From NCBI RefSeq assembly GCF_018350175.1, contig NC_058369.1, positions 13,578,001 to 13,642,000 of the forward strand: a stretch of 64,000 bases of DNA. The letters are read 5' to 3'. The DNA comes from Felis catus (lineage: Eukaryota). A model generated the notes under the pieces. That model was given only the letters and a program-made list of their open reading frames with translations. It was not told the DNA's origin and searched no databases. Shown piece after piece: positions 29,131-41,834 of this stretch; position 1 is the first letter of the stretch; each line of letters begins with the position of its first letter. The position numbers and the translations under genes were made by a program.

Positions 29131-31350
29131 AATAGTTCAGGGGGGTGTCGGGCACGTCTCTCAACCTCCTGGCCCTCCCCTTCTCTGTAGATTGGGGGCT
29201 GCACGGGAAACACTTGAGTATCGTTATTATTCTTCCCCCAAAGTGATATGGGAGATGTTACCTGGGCATGAACGTACCCATTTCACAGCACGGAAGGTAG
29301 AGGGGAGAAGGGGAGAGGACTTGGTTGAGGTCACGCAGTGGCAAATTGGCAAGTGAGGACTCCGTCTCCTGAAGAGTGAAGCTCTGCCCCTAAAACATGG
29401 CTCTTGGCCCCCTCTGTGTCAAGACACCCCCAACTCAGCTTCAGCCTCTTTCTCGCTCCCGGGCCCCCTCCTGAAACGTCTGCCTGAAGGTGGGTGGTGC
29501 TCCAGAGGAGGTCACATGGTTAAAAACCAACCCCCAAAGCAGCTCCTGAAGCCTTGAAAAGTGGGCGGCCGGGGTGATCAGAAGGAAGAGTCCCATCCTT
29601 CCAATGGCAGAGGGACTGTGGGCATGTGCTGTTCCTTCTTTGCACCTGTTTCCCCATTTATAAAACAGGGACAATTCATCTGCCTTCCTTAGCAGGGCTG
29701 GGTATACAGCTGGCGCTCAACACACGACCACCAGCTTGACTTGCCCTGTGCCTAGGTCCCTCCAGGCCCCAAGTGAAGCAGAAGCCCCAAACCCAGGGTC
29801 TTTTGCCCACACAACAGCACGGGCCAGAGCAGGCAGGGGAAGAAGGCGGCCTGGCAGTCAAGGCTCTGGAGGTGAGGTCCGCATGTCCCTGCAGTCTCCC
29901 GAAAACTTCAGGCTGTGTGACCTCAAGTTACTCAATCTCTCTTAACATTAGTTTCCTCAAAATGGGAGAGTAGGATGTTGGGAAGGGAGAGGTCTTCAGG
30001 GAGTACTTGGAAAATCCTGACTCCAAGTCAATGCCCTTAAAGGACGATGGCACAGAATGTAGCTCTAACTCCAGTCCCGGAGGCAGACTGCCCGTCAGAC
30101 CCCACCTGGGCCACTTTTCTTCTGGTCCTGAGATAGCATCTCCATCCACGGGACAACGATGAGGTTACACTGAGCACCACCTGTAGCCAAGCACCACTCT
30201 GTGAACAAAGTGTTCATCCTCCAACTTTGTGGGACAATGTTACAACTGTTCTGCCCATTTTACAGACGCGGTTAACAGAGGCCCAGAGGTTCAAGTTTCT
30301 GCCTTTTCCTGCCTGCCGGTCCTGGGCTGTCCTCTTTCCATCTTGGTGTCTCTTCCCCCAAGGAGACAACCGTGGGCCCATTAGTTCCAAAAGCTTGTTG
30401 GAGATCCCAGTGTCCCCCACCTAACCTGGACATGAGTCGGCCCCAAGCCTAGGCGCGCCTAGATGGCGCTCGCTGCGCGCCAGATGTGCAAGGCCCCTCC
30501 CGGACGCCGGCTCTCCTCCGAAGTAGGGGCGGAGGGAGGAGGGGAAGGAGGCAAGGAGGGGGAAGGGGAGCGTGCGGGCCAGGCCCANNNNNNNNNNNNN
30601 NNNNNNNNNNNNNNNNNNNNNNNNNNNNNNNNNNNNNNNNNNNNNNNNNNNNNNNNNNNNNNNNNNNNNNNNNNNNNNNNNNNNNNNNNNNNNNNNNNNN
30701 NNNNNNNNNNNNNNNNNNNNNNNNNNNNNNNNNNNNNNNNNNNNNNNNGGTGTCGGAAAGACGGAAGGGGGGGGGGAGCAAGAGCGAGGAAAGGGAAGGG
30801 AGTTTTTTTTTTTTTCTTCTTCCCATTTCTTTAAAAAACCAACACAAGAAAAAAANNNNNNNNNNNNNNNNNNNNNNNNNNNNNNNNNNNNNNNNNNNNN
30901 NNNNNNNNNNNNNNNNNNNNNNNNNNNNNNNNNNNNNNNNNNNNNNNNNNNNNNNNNNNNNNNNNNNNNNNNNNNNNNNNNNNNNNNNNNNNNNNNNNNN
31001 NNNNNNNNNNNNNNNNNNNTGTGTACAACGGGGCGGCCGGGGCGCGCGGGTTTGTGCAACACTGGGTGGCCGCGCTCGGGGAACAGAGGCAGCGCGAGGG
31101 CGGGGGGGGGTCATGCGCTTGCCCCCGGGAGTAGGGGGTCCAGCTTGTCGAGTCTGAGGCGCCCTCTCCGAGTCCTGGGCACCCTCGGGGGGTCCTCAGG
31201 GACCGCGCCCTCTCGGAATCCTGGCACCCTCGGGGTGGGGGGGGTGTCCCCGGGGCCGCGCCCTCTCCGAGTCCGGGGCGCCCACGCCCCCCCCCCCACG
31301 CAAGCCCGCCTCCCGGGGAGGGGGGCCGCGCATGCGCCCCGCGCGCGGGC

Positions 31351-32394
31351 TCAGTNNNNNNNNNNNNNNNNNNNNNNNNNNNNNNNNNNNNNNNNNNNNN
31401 NNNNNNNNNNNNNNNNNNNNNNNNNNNNNNNNNNNNNNNNNNNNNNNNNNNNNNNNNNNNNNNNNNNNNNNNNNNNNNNNNNNNNNNGCGTCTTGACTTN
31501 NNNNNNNNNNNNNNNNNNNNNNNNNNNNNNNNNNNNNNNNNNNNNNNNNNNNNNNNNNNNNNNNNNNNNNNNNNNNNNNNNNNNNNNNNNNNNNNNNNNN
31601 NNNNNNNNNNNNNNNNNNNNNNNNNNNNNNNNNNNNNNNNNNNNNNNNNNNNNNNGCACCGTCTGCGGCTCATCCTTGAGCGCCGTCAGGCGGGGCGGCC
31701 CCAGCGCGCCTGGGGGCGGCGGCGGAGGGAAGGGCACAGGCTCGGCGGCGAAGGCGACTGTCGCAGCACCCCCTGAACCTCCGGTGCCGCCCGCATAGCT
31801 GCTCAGGTTCGCGTAGACGGGCGCCTCGGGCGTGGCTGCCGCCGGGGCCAGTTCGCCAGGAGGCGCGGCGCCCGCAGCCGTGCCCGAGGGTCCTCCCGCG
31901 GCCGCGGCAGCGGAGGCCGCGCCCGCGCCCAGCTGGTTCTGCTTGTGCAAGTCCTCCAGGGCCTTGACGAAGCCCTCAGCAAACTCCTGCTCCTCGCTGG
32001 CCGCCACCTTGGGGTAGAGGAACTGAGTGCTCGTCGGTGTGGTGGTGACCAGCCCGTTGGACTGGATGATTAGGCGCTCGAGCTCCGGCGAGGCGAGCTT
32101 GAGCAGCCCCAGGTCGGGCGAGGCAAGCAGGCCGTCGGGGGGCGCCGCGCCTGGGGCGCCGTCGGTGCGCAGGGGGGCCGGGGGCGGCGCGGCGGCAGGC
32201 TTGAGCGCCGCCGCCACCTGCTCGCTCAGGCTCAGCGTCAGCGCGTCTTTCTTCATCATGCTGCCAGTCGCCGCCGTCGGGGGCGCCCCGGGGAACAGGC
32301 GACCCGGGGACGCGAAGCTACCACCGCCACCACTGCTACTGACGCCGCCGCCCAGGCCGCTCAGCGCCTCATCGCCGTAGAAGGGTGTTTCCAT
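31351..32394 (-). CDS. JUND: JunD proto-oncogene, AP-1 bZIP transcription factor (intronless; bZIP region N-masked)
   Basis: [17 protein letters not shown]...[13 protein letters not shown]...[25 protein letters not shown]...[21 protein letters not shown]...ALKDEPQTV; TGA at 31353-31351; span of 348 codons including stop. The internal ATG at 32259 (Met46) would give the short isoform. Confidence 0.97.
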   Translation of the reverse strand: METPFYGDEALSGLGGGVSSSGGGGSFASPGRLFPGAPPTAATGSMMKKDALTLSLSEQVAAALKPAAAPPPAPLRTDGAPGAAPPDGLLASPDLGLLKLASPELERLIIQSNGLVTTTPTSTQFLYPKVAASEEQEFAEGFVKALEDLHKQNQLGAGAASAAAAAGGPSGTAAGAAPPGELAPAAATPEAPVYANLSSYAGGTGGSGGAATVAFAAEPVPFPPPPPPGALGPPRLTALKDEPQTVXXXXXXXXXXXXXXXXXXXXXXXXXXXXXXXXXXXXXXXXXXXXXXXXXXXXXVKTXXXXXXXXXXXXXXXXXXXXXXXXXXXXXXXXXXXXXXXXXXXXX

Positions 32395-32554
32395 CCTCCG
32401 CCTCCCCCGCCGCGCCGGCCCGGGGGGGGGGGAGTGGCCGCGGCCGCCCGGGGGGCCTGCGCCCCCCCGTCCGCTCGGCCCTACGCCCGCCCCGGCCGAG
32501 GCCGCTGCGCCCGGCCCTCCGCTGGCGGCGGCTCCTACGCCGCGCAGTTCGCGC

Positions 32555-32980
32555 GCCCTCTTATAGCCTCGGCCCAGCGCGATGAGCTCACTGCCCCCGC
32601 TCGCCATTGGGCGTGGGTGACGTCGCTCATTTGCATGGTGGGGTGGGGCCAAGTCATTGACGCCCCCCTAGCTGCCGTTGCCCCGGTGACGCGCGGTAAA
32701 CCGCACAACAGCGCGCTGCCTTGTGGGTTGACGTCATGGGGGCGGACCCCGAGCCCGGACCCGGTTACCCCGCCCCGGGAGCGCAGTGTACAACCAATGC
32801 CCCCAGCGCTGCCTCCCGCCAAGGCACGTCCCGGGTGGCGTGATGAGCCCGGCCACCAGCCGCCTGCCCGCCCCAAGGCCCCGCCCCGCATCCGCGCGTG
32901 GGGCCCCGGCGGGGAGGGGGAGGGGGCGGGAGCGGGGGCGGTGCCGGCCTCCGGGGACCGGTGGGGGGGGGATGGGGCCC
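32555..32980 (-). promoter_or_regulatory. JUND promoter in a CpG island
   Basis: TATAAG at 32565-32560, TGAGCTCA at 32583-32590, CCAAT at 32610-32606, CRE-like TGACGTCG at 32618-32625, octamer ATTTGCAT at 32629-32636, full CRE TGACGTCA at 32729-32736, GC boxes. Confidence 0.85.
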
Positions 32981-34224
32981 GGATGGATAAATAACTCCCT
33001 GGCGCCCTCCGCTCCACTACGCCTACAAGTGCCTTCCTTACCGCTCCTCTATTCTGGCTCTGTACGGGCTGGGGGCAGAAGGCCTTAGGGAGCTGTACCC
33101 GGTGGCTTCCTGGGCGTGTTGGCCAGATCTGCCTGTTTCACCCCCACCCCAAATCTCCAGTGATGTGTTTGCCCCAGAAAGACGAGGGAAGGGAGAGGAG
33201 AACTGTTGGAAGCTGCTAAAAGCGCTTTGATCTTGATACTTTTCACTGAGGAGTCTAAAAGTACGGAGTCCAACTTCCTGACTTTACAGACTGAGAAACT
33301 GGGGCTTACTAAATTGTGACCAGGCCTGATCTCTTATTCACCTGGTAGAACCCGAGCCTCCTGGGCCTCCTGCTCCTGGGCAGCCGCCTACAATTTTACC
33401 CTGCATCTGCCAGGGCCTGCTGTGGGTCCTGAGGTGAGGGTGATGGACTATAGCCCCTCCCCACTCGCCCCGTTTCCTCAGCGGCTCTCCCTTCCGGAAT
33501 GTTAAGGCAGGAGCCCATCTGGTCATTGTTACCTGCTTATTATTATTTTGTTATTGTCAGTGCTCAACGGGCCTCCTAAAAGACTGGCTGGGGATGGGGT
33601 ATGAGGGTGTGGGGAGAGGGCAACCTCTCCAACACTCCCTAGGGATTGTTGGGACATCTAGGTCTGGCTGACAGCTCCTGCACACAACCCCTCAGGTAGA
33701 CTGTGAAGGCTCCAAGGACCCTTCTTCCACGGACTCCCTCTGACCTTTCACTTTCACCTTCTCTGAGCCTTGGCCTCTCAGCTCATAGCTGCCTCAGGGC
33801 CTTTGCATGTACTATGCCCTTTGCCCGTGCTCCCTTCCCCACTGCAAATCCTAATGTCCTCAGAGAGGCCACTCCCACTCACTGTATTTCCATTATATCC
33901 TTGGAAGCATTCAGAATGACAGGGTGGACCATAAATTTCCGGAGGGCGAGGACCTTTATCTATCCCGAACCTGTTGGTCACCAACATCCAATACAGCACC
34001 TGGCTCAGTGTTGAAGGAGCATGCTGCCTGGCCCAGTTGCTGTGGCAGTCTCTGGCCTCAGTTTGTCTGACTCACCTGTGGGCATGAACATTCCCAGTCC
34101 CCAACCCTCGTCTCCTACCTCCCTACCTCATCTGGCCCTGCCCCTGATTGGGCTCTGGAGCAAGAAGGCCATGAAGGAAACTGTCACCAGGAGCAGGAGG
34201 CCTGCCCTGGTGGGCAGTGGCCCA

Positions 34225-34430
34225 GGGGTGTGAGTGTGTCTATATCCACACAAATGTCTGTTTGTGCCTGTGTTGTGTTCGTGTATGGGTCAGTGTACTC
34301 AGGTGTGTTCACACACAAGGGCAGGTGTCTATGTGCCAGTGTGGGTTCATGCACATAGATCTGTGTGCCTGTATGTATACACATATATGTATACTTGTGT
34401 ATACGTATGTGTCCGTTTGTGTGTTTCTAG
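34225..34430. repeat. Degenerate (TG)n/(TA)n tract
   Basis: gtgtgtctatatccac...gtatgtatacacatatatgtatac. Confidence 0.7.
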
Positions 34431-34854
34431 GCACATAGGTCTCTGTGCCCTCCAGACCTGTCCTCTCAGGTCCCAGCCTGGGCAAAGGGACCCTTGATGA
34501 GAGGGGATCCTGTCCCCAGCCTGTTGCTAGCCTTGCCCTGGGACCCTGCTCTGGGCCTGTGCAATGGGGCTAGATTGGAGGAGATGGGGCCATGTTTCTC
34601 TCCAAGGCAGGACATGAGTGGGTGGCCTAGATAGCCTCCACCCTGACCTTGGGCCTTGACCTTAATAAGTGGGTGAATGGTCTGGTGAAATATGGGCAGA
34701 ACCTACCTGAGCTGAAAAACTGACCAGCAAACAGGCCTTGGGAAATGGAGGCACAGGGAACCCAAGGCAATTCACCTCTCTGAGTCTCAGTTTCCTCCTC
34801 ATGAAAATGGAGTGAAAAATCTCACCTCCCTTGTAGAGTATTGTGATTTTTGTT

Positions 34855-34970
34855 TCTTTTTTCTTTTCTTTTTTTTTAATTCAGTAAACTCTACCCCCTT
34901 CATGGGGCTAGAACTCACGACCCTGAGATCAAGAGTCCGCATGCTCTACTGACTGAGCCAACCAGGTGCC
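34855..34970 (-). mobile_element. Short older Can-SINE
   Basis: Poly-T, then ggggctagaactcacgaccctgagatcaagagtc...ccaggtgcc. Confidence 0.8.
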
Positions 34971-36469
34971 TCAAAAAATATTGTGGTTTTTATTGGATTT
35001 AGAGGAATAGAGCTCATAAGTGCTTTCTATAATTGTTTTATGTTATTATTATAAGGCTAGCCTTAACTGTGTATGGTTGTTTGGTCTGGAGCTCCTTCAG
35101 CCGGAAGTGCCCTTCTATCCAACAGGCAAATTGCTACTCCTGCCTCAAAACCCACTGTCTCCTCCTCCAAGAAGTCTTCCCTATCCACACCCTCAAGGAG
35201 TCCCCTAAGCCACCCCCCACTGTCTGGCTGAGCCCGTCCACCATCTGTATTGGGCTCTGTCTGCCCCAGATGGGGCAGGGGAGGGTCCTGTAAGCTCGGT
35301 AAGGCAGGACCTGTCTTGGCCTCTAAGTATGGGGAGCTGCCCTGGGCAGACTCTGCCAGCCCCACTTTTCAAGGAGTTGAAAAACTGGCTCCTTCAGTCT
35401 CCTCTGCTGTGCACCTGCTGTTCCCTCTGACCCAACACCTTTTCCTACCCTCTCCTTTCTCCTAGCCAGAAAGCCCTCTGGGACACCCTAATACTGCTCT
35501 TCCATTGGGACCAATCCTATCCCCACCTCATCAAGCAGTTCAATAGGAGGCCTGAATCCATCAACCAGCCACATGCAGTGAACTAGGGGTAACTCCTATT
35601 CTCTCATTCATTCGACAGATACTGACTGAGCACCTACTGTGAGCCAAGCGATGGGGACACACACGAGTGACACAAACACCCTCACCCCGCACCCGGTCTG
35701 AAAGAGGAACCTGTCAAACGCGGCTTCAAGGAGGCTGAAGGGTGCCCCCTCCATGGACGGGGGTATGTTTTAGAGTTGGGTGATCTGGGAGGGGCACCCT
35801 GGGAAGTAATGCTGAACGAAGGAGAAGCTGGAGCAAATCTTGAGCTAATTTGAAGGCCCAACATCCCAGACTGTGGGAACAGCAAAAGCAAACGCCCTGG
35901 GGCAGAAACCAGCTGGCCACATTGACGGAGAGAGGCAGGTGGCGCTGGATTGGGTGAGCCAGGGGAAGCCAGAGGGAGAGAAGGAAAGCAAGGGTGCAGG
36001 GCTTCTACAGAACCCGGTGGTATTTGTCCCAAGAGTAGTGGAAGTGGCTGTATTAGTTGGGATTGAGGGAGAAGTCGGTAACAGGGCTCAGCCTGGACTC
36101 TGCATTTTCGCCCTTCCTCTCCCAGCCCCTCCAGGAGTCTCAGGACATTATCTCACTTCCCAGATCAGCGTCCAGGGAGGGTGCGGGACCCACCCGGTCG
36201 AAAGAATCCCCAACCCCTACCCCCACCCACCCATCCCCGTTTGGAACGGAAGCTGAAACTAACCCCCACCCCTCTCCCAGCCACGGCTCTAATCTCTGCC
36301 GCTCTGGCGCCTTTCTCGAGAGCGAAGAGTTTACCCTTCTTGTTTAAAGCGACCTGCAACTCGGTTTAATGTTTAGTCTTTATTTGAAGACCCAGAGAGC
36401 TAAAATCTACTCGATGAAACGGAAAGCCCCAAAGAAAGAGAAAGAAGGAGTTAATCAGGAAGCAGAAAG

Positions 36470-36780
36470 GGGTGAGGCGGAGGGGACCTCTTCATGGGGA
36501 GGTACGCGGGGAATGTCCCGCGGCGCTCGGGACACCGCGGGGCTGGGTAGAGTTTATGGGGAACGTCCTCCGACACTTAGGACCCACCGGCTGGTGGGGG
36601 CGGGGCTTGCGATCGCAGTCCCCGGGTGACGGGACCCCGCTAGGGGGCCGGGGGAGGGGCGCCGGCCTTGGGCCGGGGGCGCGTCGGCCCCGGCGCATTC
36701 CTGAGGATCAGGTTACCGGCCAAGGCGGCGGCCCCTCCCCTCCCTTCCAGCCTGGCTTCCGCCCTCGCCAGGGGCAGGAA
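36470..36780. promoter_or_regulatory. Small orphan CpG island about 4 kb upstream of JUND
   Basis: High CpG and GC content with GC boxes; no credible ORF. Confidence 0.5.
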
Positions 36781-38379
36781 CCACAGTCACCTCCCCCGTC
36801 CTGTGCAGGTGCTTGGCCTGCCGCAGGGAGGGGATCCACACCCTGTCCTCTGGGCCGGCACTGGCGCTCTCCAGTCTCACAAGACCATTTTACAGACGAG
36901 GAAACCGACGCGTCCTCAGCGCCTTTTCGGCACTGGTAGAACCAGACTGATAGAGCTTGCTTTACGACCCGTGGCCCAGTTGACTCCACCGAGGGTGCAC
37001 TGTCCACAGCCTCTCGTAGGCAGGCCGGGAAGAGCGGCTCAGTCTAAGCCCAGTGTTCATTGATTGTCCTGGGTGAGCCCAGAAGGGCGCCGGCTCAAGG
37101 AGAGAACCACGCCTCACAACACCTTCCCTACCAGATGCCTGCGCTCATCCAGGGAACTCTGCTGTATACCCAGGCCCAGGTTAGGCCCTTTCACAGGCAG
37201 ACTTTAAGAAACCAGAAGGTTTGGGGGTCAGAGGGTGGTGAGTCGGACTTCACTAAAGCCACTTCAGAAGCTGATTTGTTTTGATTTTGTTTTTCTTTTG
37301 GCCAGCCTCAAGCACCATCAATCACCCCTTCCACCACCCACTCTTGAGCACCTACTGTGCGTCCGGGCTCTGTGTGCTGGGGGAGGGTTTTCCATCATCC
37401 CTCATCACCTCCTAAGCTGATCCTCGAATAGAAGACAGGACAGAACCACCATAATGAAGAAGTATGCTTTAGGCTGATGTCACTCTTTCTCCTTCAGGTC
37501 GACCCCTTTTTCTGTTTTTACTTGGGTAAATATATTTCAAAAGGGAAACTTCATGTCACCACCAAGAATGGAAAACGAGTTTCTCTTCCATAAATAGAAG
37601 GAAAGTGAAAACCGACGAAATGAGAGCAAAACCCAGGCATTCCCTCCTCAAGGACGCGCTGGGCCAGGCCCAGAGTGGGAATGTCCAGATATCCAGAAAG
37701 CACTAAAGGCAGAGAATCCCCAAGCCAAGCCAAGAAGAGTACAGGAGGGGCCACAAGGGTAGTTTTATTCCCTAGCGGCCCAGCACACAGTAGATGGTCA
37801 GTGATGTGCTAAGCCTTGGCAGTGAGCACCTACTACGTGTGGGGGTTGCCTGCATCCAACAGCAGCCTTCCAATGCCTGTGAGTTACTGACCCGTTTCCA
37901 GGTACAAGTGAAGGTGATGGCAGGTAGCAGCCCTTTGGGGGTGGGACCCCACTGGGGCCTCTCTGGGGAGACTTCAGGTTGGCTCAGTTAAGTGGAAGCT
38001 TCCGCCTAAAGACTTTGGGGCTGTCCCCACCCACAGTCCTGTGGCCCCTGACGTCCTTCTGTGCTGAGTTATGGGCCCCCTTCCCAGGCTGCCCAGGGAC
38101 TGGGGAGGGAAGCAATGTGTGAATCAATGAATGAGTGCGAATAAGTAAATGAGTGAGCCAGTGGATGATGTAACGGATGGTTTGGTGAAGTAATGAATGG
38201 ATGAATGAATGAACGAATGACCGGATGCACCCATGCTGCCAAGATGGGATACCCACTCCCCACGTTTTTCCGTGATACCTTCCCACCAGCACTGCAAGGA
38301 GGGCCACCTGTCCACATTTTTCAGATGGATAAACTGAGGCTCGGAGCAAACCATGGCTCCACATGTTGGAGGGCAGATT

Positions 38380-40320
38380 GGAATACAGGTGACCTCGTTC
38401 ACCGCGAGCTGCAGGCAGAGGGGCTGGAGCTCAGGGGGCCTGGCTGGGGCAGAGGAAAGTTGGAACTGGACCTCAAGCCTGCGGGGCCTAGAGGGCCGGC
38501 ACCTGATCGTCGCCCAGTAAAGGAGCGGGGCCCCGGCAGAGGAGTACATTGAATGGGGGCCAGGCCAGACGAAGGGAGAGAGCGGGGAGCGGTGGGGGCG
38601 GGGCCGCCGGAGTGGGGAGGAGCAGGCAGTCTCAGTCGCTTAGGAAGGGGCCCCAAGGAAGGAGCACGATTGGGGGGCGCCCCGACACGCGAGACACACA
38701 AACGCCAGCCCTGCGTCTCCCGAGGGTGGGGGCACAACCCCCCCCCCCCATCGGAACCTGAGGCCGCCACCGTAAACTCCCTCGCCTGCCCGCCTCCCCC
38801 TTTTCTTCGCCACCGCCTCTCCTCTGGAGGAAGTGGTGAGGGTGCGGGGGAGGGCCCCCCATTCTCACTTCCCCTGAGGCAGGGCGGGGACTGCAGGTCA
38901 GGGTCCCCTCCCCCGCTGCGAGGATGGATGGGGGGGGTGCCCACAGGGGTGGGGGCGGGGAGCCGCAAGAGCTGGGGCTCGGCCAGCGCGGGGCGGCCCC
39001 TCGCTGGGTGACCTGAGCTCCCTGGGTTTGAATGGTTCTCATCTGAAAAATGGGGGGAAGAAACTCAACCTTGGAACAATGGATTGCTGGGTGAGAGGCC
39101 CCGCCCCAGGCCCGGGGAGACCGAGCCGGACAAGGACACTCCCAGGCCCGGAGGGGTCAGGGCCGGGCCGGAGGGAGAGATGTCGCCGTAAACACGGACT
39201 TGGACCCGGGCGGGAGGCGCATTCCAGGCGGAGGGAAGGGCGCAAAGGCCTGGAGGCTGGTGGGGACCTCCCGCCTCGCCGGGCGGCTGGGCCTGCCCAA
39301 GACCTGCCCCTCGTCGGTCCCCCCAGCCCGGCCCCTCCTCTGGCGGGGGTGGAGGAGGGATCTGGAGGGCCTCCGCGCGGCCAGCCGACGCCGCACAGTT
39401 CACCCCGCGCCGCGGCCGGACCCAGTGGCGAGGGGGGCGGGTGGCGTCAGCGCCGACGTCAAGGCGAGGCGGAGCCGCGTAGACTCGGGCCCGGCGCCCG
39501 CGCCCCACGCAGAGCTGGAAGTCGTGGGTGTGGTGGCAGGCAGGGGTTCGCCTTCCAGCTGTCCCGACGTTGGGGACCGGAGGGGGAAACTGAGGCCCGG
39601 CGAGGCGCGTGGCCTAGCTGAGACTGAAGCTGGGCCCCAGGGCTCCAGGGCCCCGTCTCGCAGCCCCAGCCCTTCCTGTGTCCCACACCGTCACCCTCTC
39701 CCAGTCGTTCGCTCGCGCTGGCCCGCACCGCGACAGCCCCCAGGGTCACTCGGCTGCGGCGACCGACGAACTGGGGTTTTGTGTGTTGTTTGCTTTCCGG
39801 CAGGTAGACAGGTCCCTACGAAACCGCCCGATGAAGCGTCACCGCAGACCCGTGGGCCTCAGTTTCCTCAACCGGACAAAGGAGGAAAGCTGACATTTAA
39901 CCGCGGGCTCACAGCTCCTGCCTTCGGGAAGGGCGGGGGAGACAATCTAGAGGCGAGAGATACAAGTGGGGGGACACCAGCGAGGCCGAATTCGAATCCA
40001 CGGCTGGCTCCCGGTCCCCCTTTTGTCCCCTATGCCTCCGCCCACTCTCGTCCCACTCCCTCGGTTTCTAACCCTCTCCCCTCTCCTCTCATCCCCCTCC
40101 CCTCCCCCCACAGGCCCCGCTCCGCTCCGAGCCCCGCCGGGCCGCTAATTAAATGCAGAACTGGGGGGAGGGGGCGGCTCGCTGTTAACCCCTTCCCGCC
40201 GGGCCCAGGAGGGCTTCCCTTGGCTGAGGAGGGGAAGCGGGAACGCTGCTCAGCCCCCCTCCGCTCCTGGCTTAAGGCCCCAGGACAAGCCCATTTGACG
40301 GACGGGTAAATCGAGGCTAA
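38380..40320. promoter_or_regulatory. Large orphan CpG island, likely an enhancer or lncRNA promoter, upstream of JUND
   Basis: About 1.9 kb of CpG-dense repeat-free sequence with GC boxes and CRE-like half sites (gcgtcagcgccgacgtcaa, ~39444-39462). Confidence 0.6.
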
Positions 40321-41350
40321 GGGGCCAGCCCCGAAGCTCTAGGCAAGACCCGATTATTAATCAGGGCCTCCAGATAGGAGGGCCAGGGCCTAGAAATAGC
40401 CGAGAGAAAAGGGAGATAGGGGGAGAAAGGCAGAAGGAGATGGAAGGAGAGAGAGCCGGGAGGGAGGGAGGAAAAGTCTGTTGGAGCCAGACAGAAACAG
40501 CCAGAGACCCAGAGAGAGTGAGACAAATGAGTTAAGAAGAGACACCAGCTGGAGAAGGCTAGAGACAGCAGGAAGAGGAAGAGAGAAACACTCAAGTATT
40601 TTCTATGGGATTCTCCGTCCTTGGCTGGGGACTAGAACGAACTATTGAGGAAGGAAAGGTGGCCCTTGAAATATCTACAAGGAAAACAGAGTAACTATCC
40701 CAGGCTGGCACGGTTGGGACTGGGGGGGGGGGGGGACGCAGTGGCCCTGAGAACCATCAGTATGTGTGGTGATAGGGGACTCCTAGGCCACCTCAGGAGC
40801 TGGAGGCCCACAGGGCAAGCCCCCCCTCACTGGCTCCGGGCCCTGGGCTGGCTTGCCCACTATTCGCTGACCTCTGACGGGGCCTTGTTGCCTGAACTGA
40901 GGGTCAACCCTGACCAGGGAGCTGTAGGTCACCTCACCTCCCCACCCTGTCCTTAGAGCTCTGGGTCAGGTAGACAGGACCCAGACACAGCCATTCCACT
41001 GCCTGGGACCCCTGTCCCTCAGCACGATGACTACTGCCACTGTGGAGCTGGGTAAACGAGAGATTTGAGAGGGGCCCAACATTCTTGGGGTGCGAGCCAC
41101 TGAAAAAAATGGGTAATAATACGTCAAGCAGTGACCGGAGCTATGAAGAGATCCCAGGGGGATGTGCAGAGGATCAGTGACATCTGTGGACCAAGGGGGC
41201 ACCATGAGGGGGACCGGGGAAGGCCGGACTCCTGAAAGCTGGAATAGCACAGGCAAAGGTCCTGAGGTAGGAATGCATGATGTGCTGGAGGAGAATCTAG
41301 AAGCAGGCCTAGAGTAGGGTGAGGAGAGGGGAGACAGGGTAGGGGGATCA

Positions 41351-41406
41351 CAGGGACACCCAGGTCACCAGCAGTTCACAGGGACACCCAGGTCACCAGC
41401 AGTTCA
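41351..41406 (+). repeat. Exact 28-bp tandem duplication; each copy contains a DR5 nuclear-receptor element
   Basis: (cagggacacccAGGTCAccagcAGTTCA) x2. Confidence 0.9.
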
Positions 41407-41834
41407 TTGGAGTTTTTGCCAGCCCAGGAGGAGCCTGTGACAACCCTCCCTGCCTCAGTCTCCCCACCAGTGCTAATGTTTCAGAGGATGCAGAGGAGTC
41501 TGGGGGGAATAGGCGCTGCCCAGAGCCACAGGGACCTGTCTTCTGTCCTCTGCAGGTGCCACCCTGGCCTCCTCTCACCCTCTGTGGCTCCCTGCTCTGG
41601 CTTATCTTCCTGTTACCACCTAGCTCTGCCCCTCCTGTGGTCCAGCCTCCCATAAGGAGACATTCCCTGACCCCCTCCCAGGCAGAGCAAAGAGACCCTT
41701 CCTCGGCTGGGGCTGGCTCTCCAACCGCCCTCAGCCCTCTCACCCTTTGGCTACAAGCTCTGCAAGAAAGGAGGAGGCTCAGGAGACTGGGTTAAGGGAA
41801 ACAGGGGAAGGTGAACAGTGTGGTCCTTGAGCCT

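Noticed and set aside
30421-31798. Long ORFs containing X runs (also 8235-8997 and 6705-6972)
   Set aside because: Artefacts of translating through N gaps.
32395-32652. N-terminal extension making JUND 433 aa
   Set aside because: Starts at a non-ATG codon upstream of the TATA box; the recognised start is METPFY at 32394.
33001-33085. Sequence resembling the human MIR3188 locus upstream of JUND
   Set aside because: Position and ends resemble my recollection of the precursor, but the mature/seed part differs and I cannot support a hairpin, so it is not called a miRNA.
39200-40309. 369-aa ORF and overlapping ORFs in the CpG island
   Set aside because: Pro/Gly/Arg-rich ORFs in several frames are expected from high GC content; no domain or exon structure.
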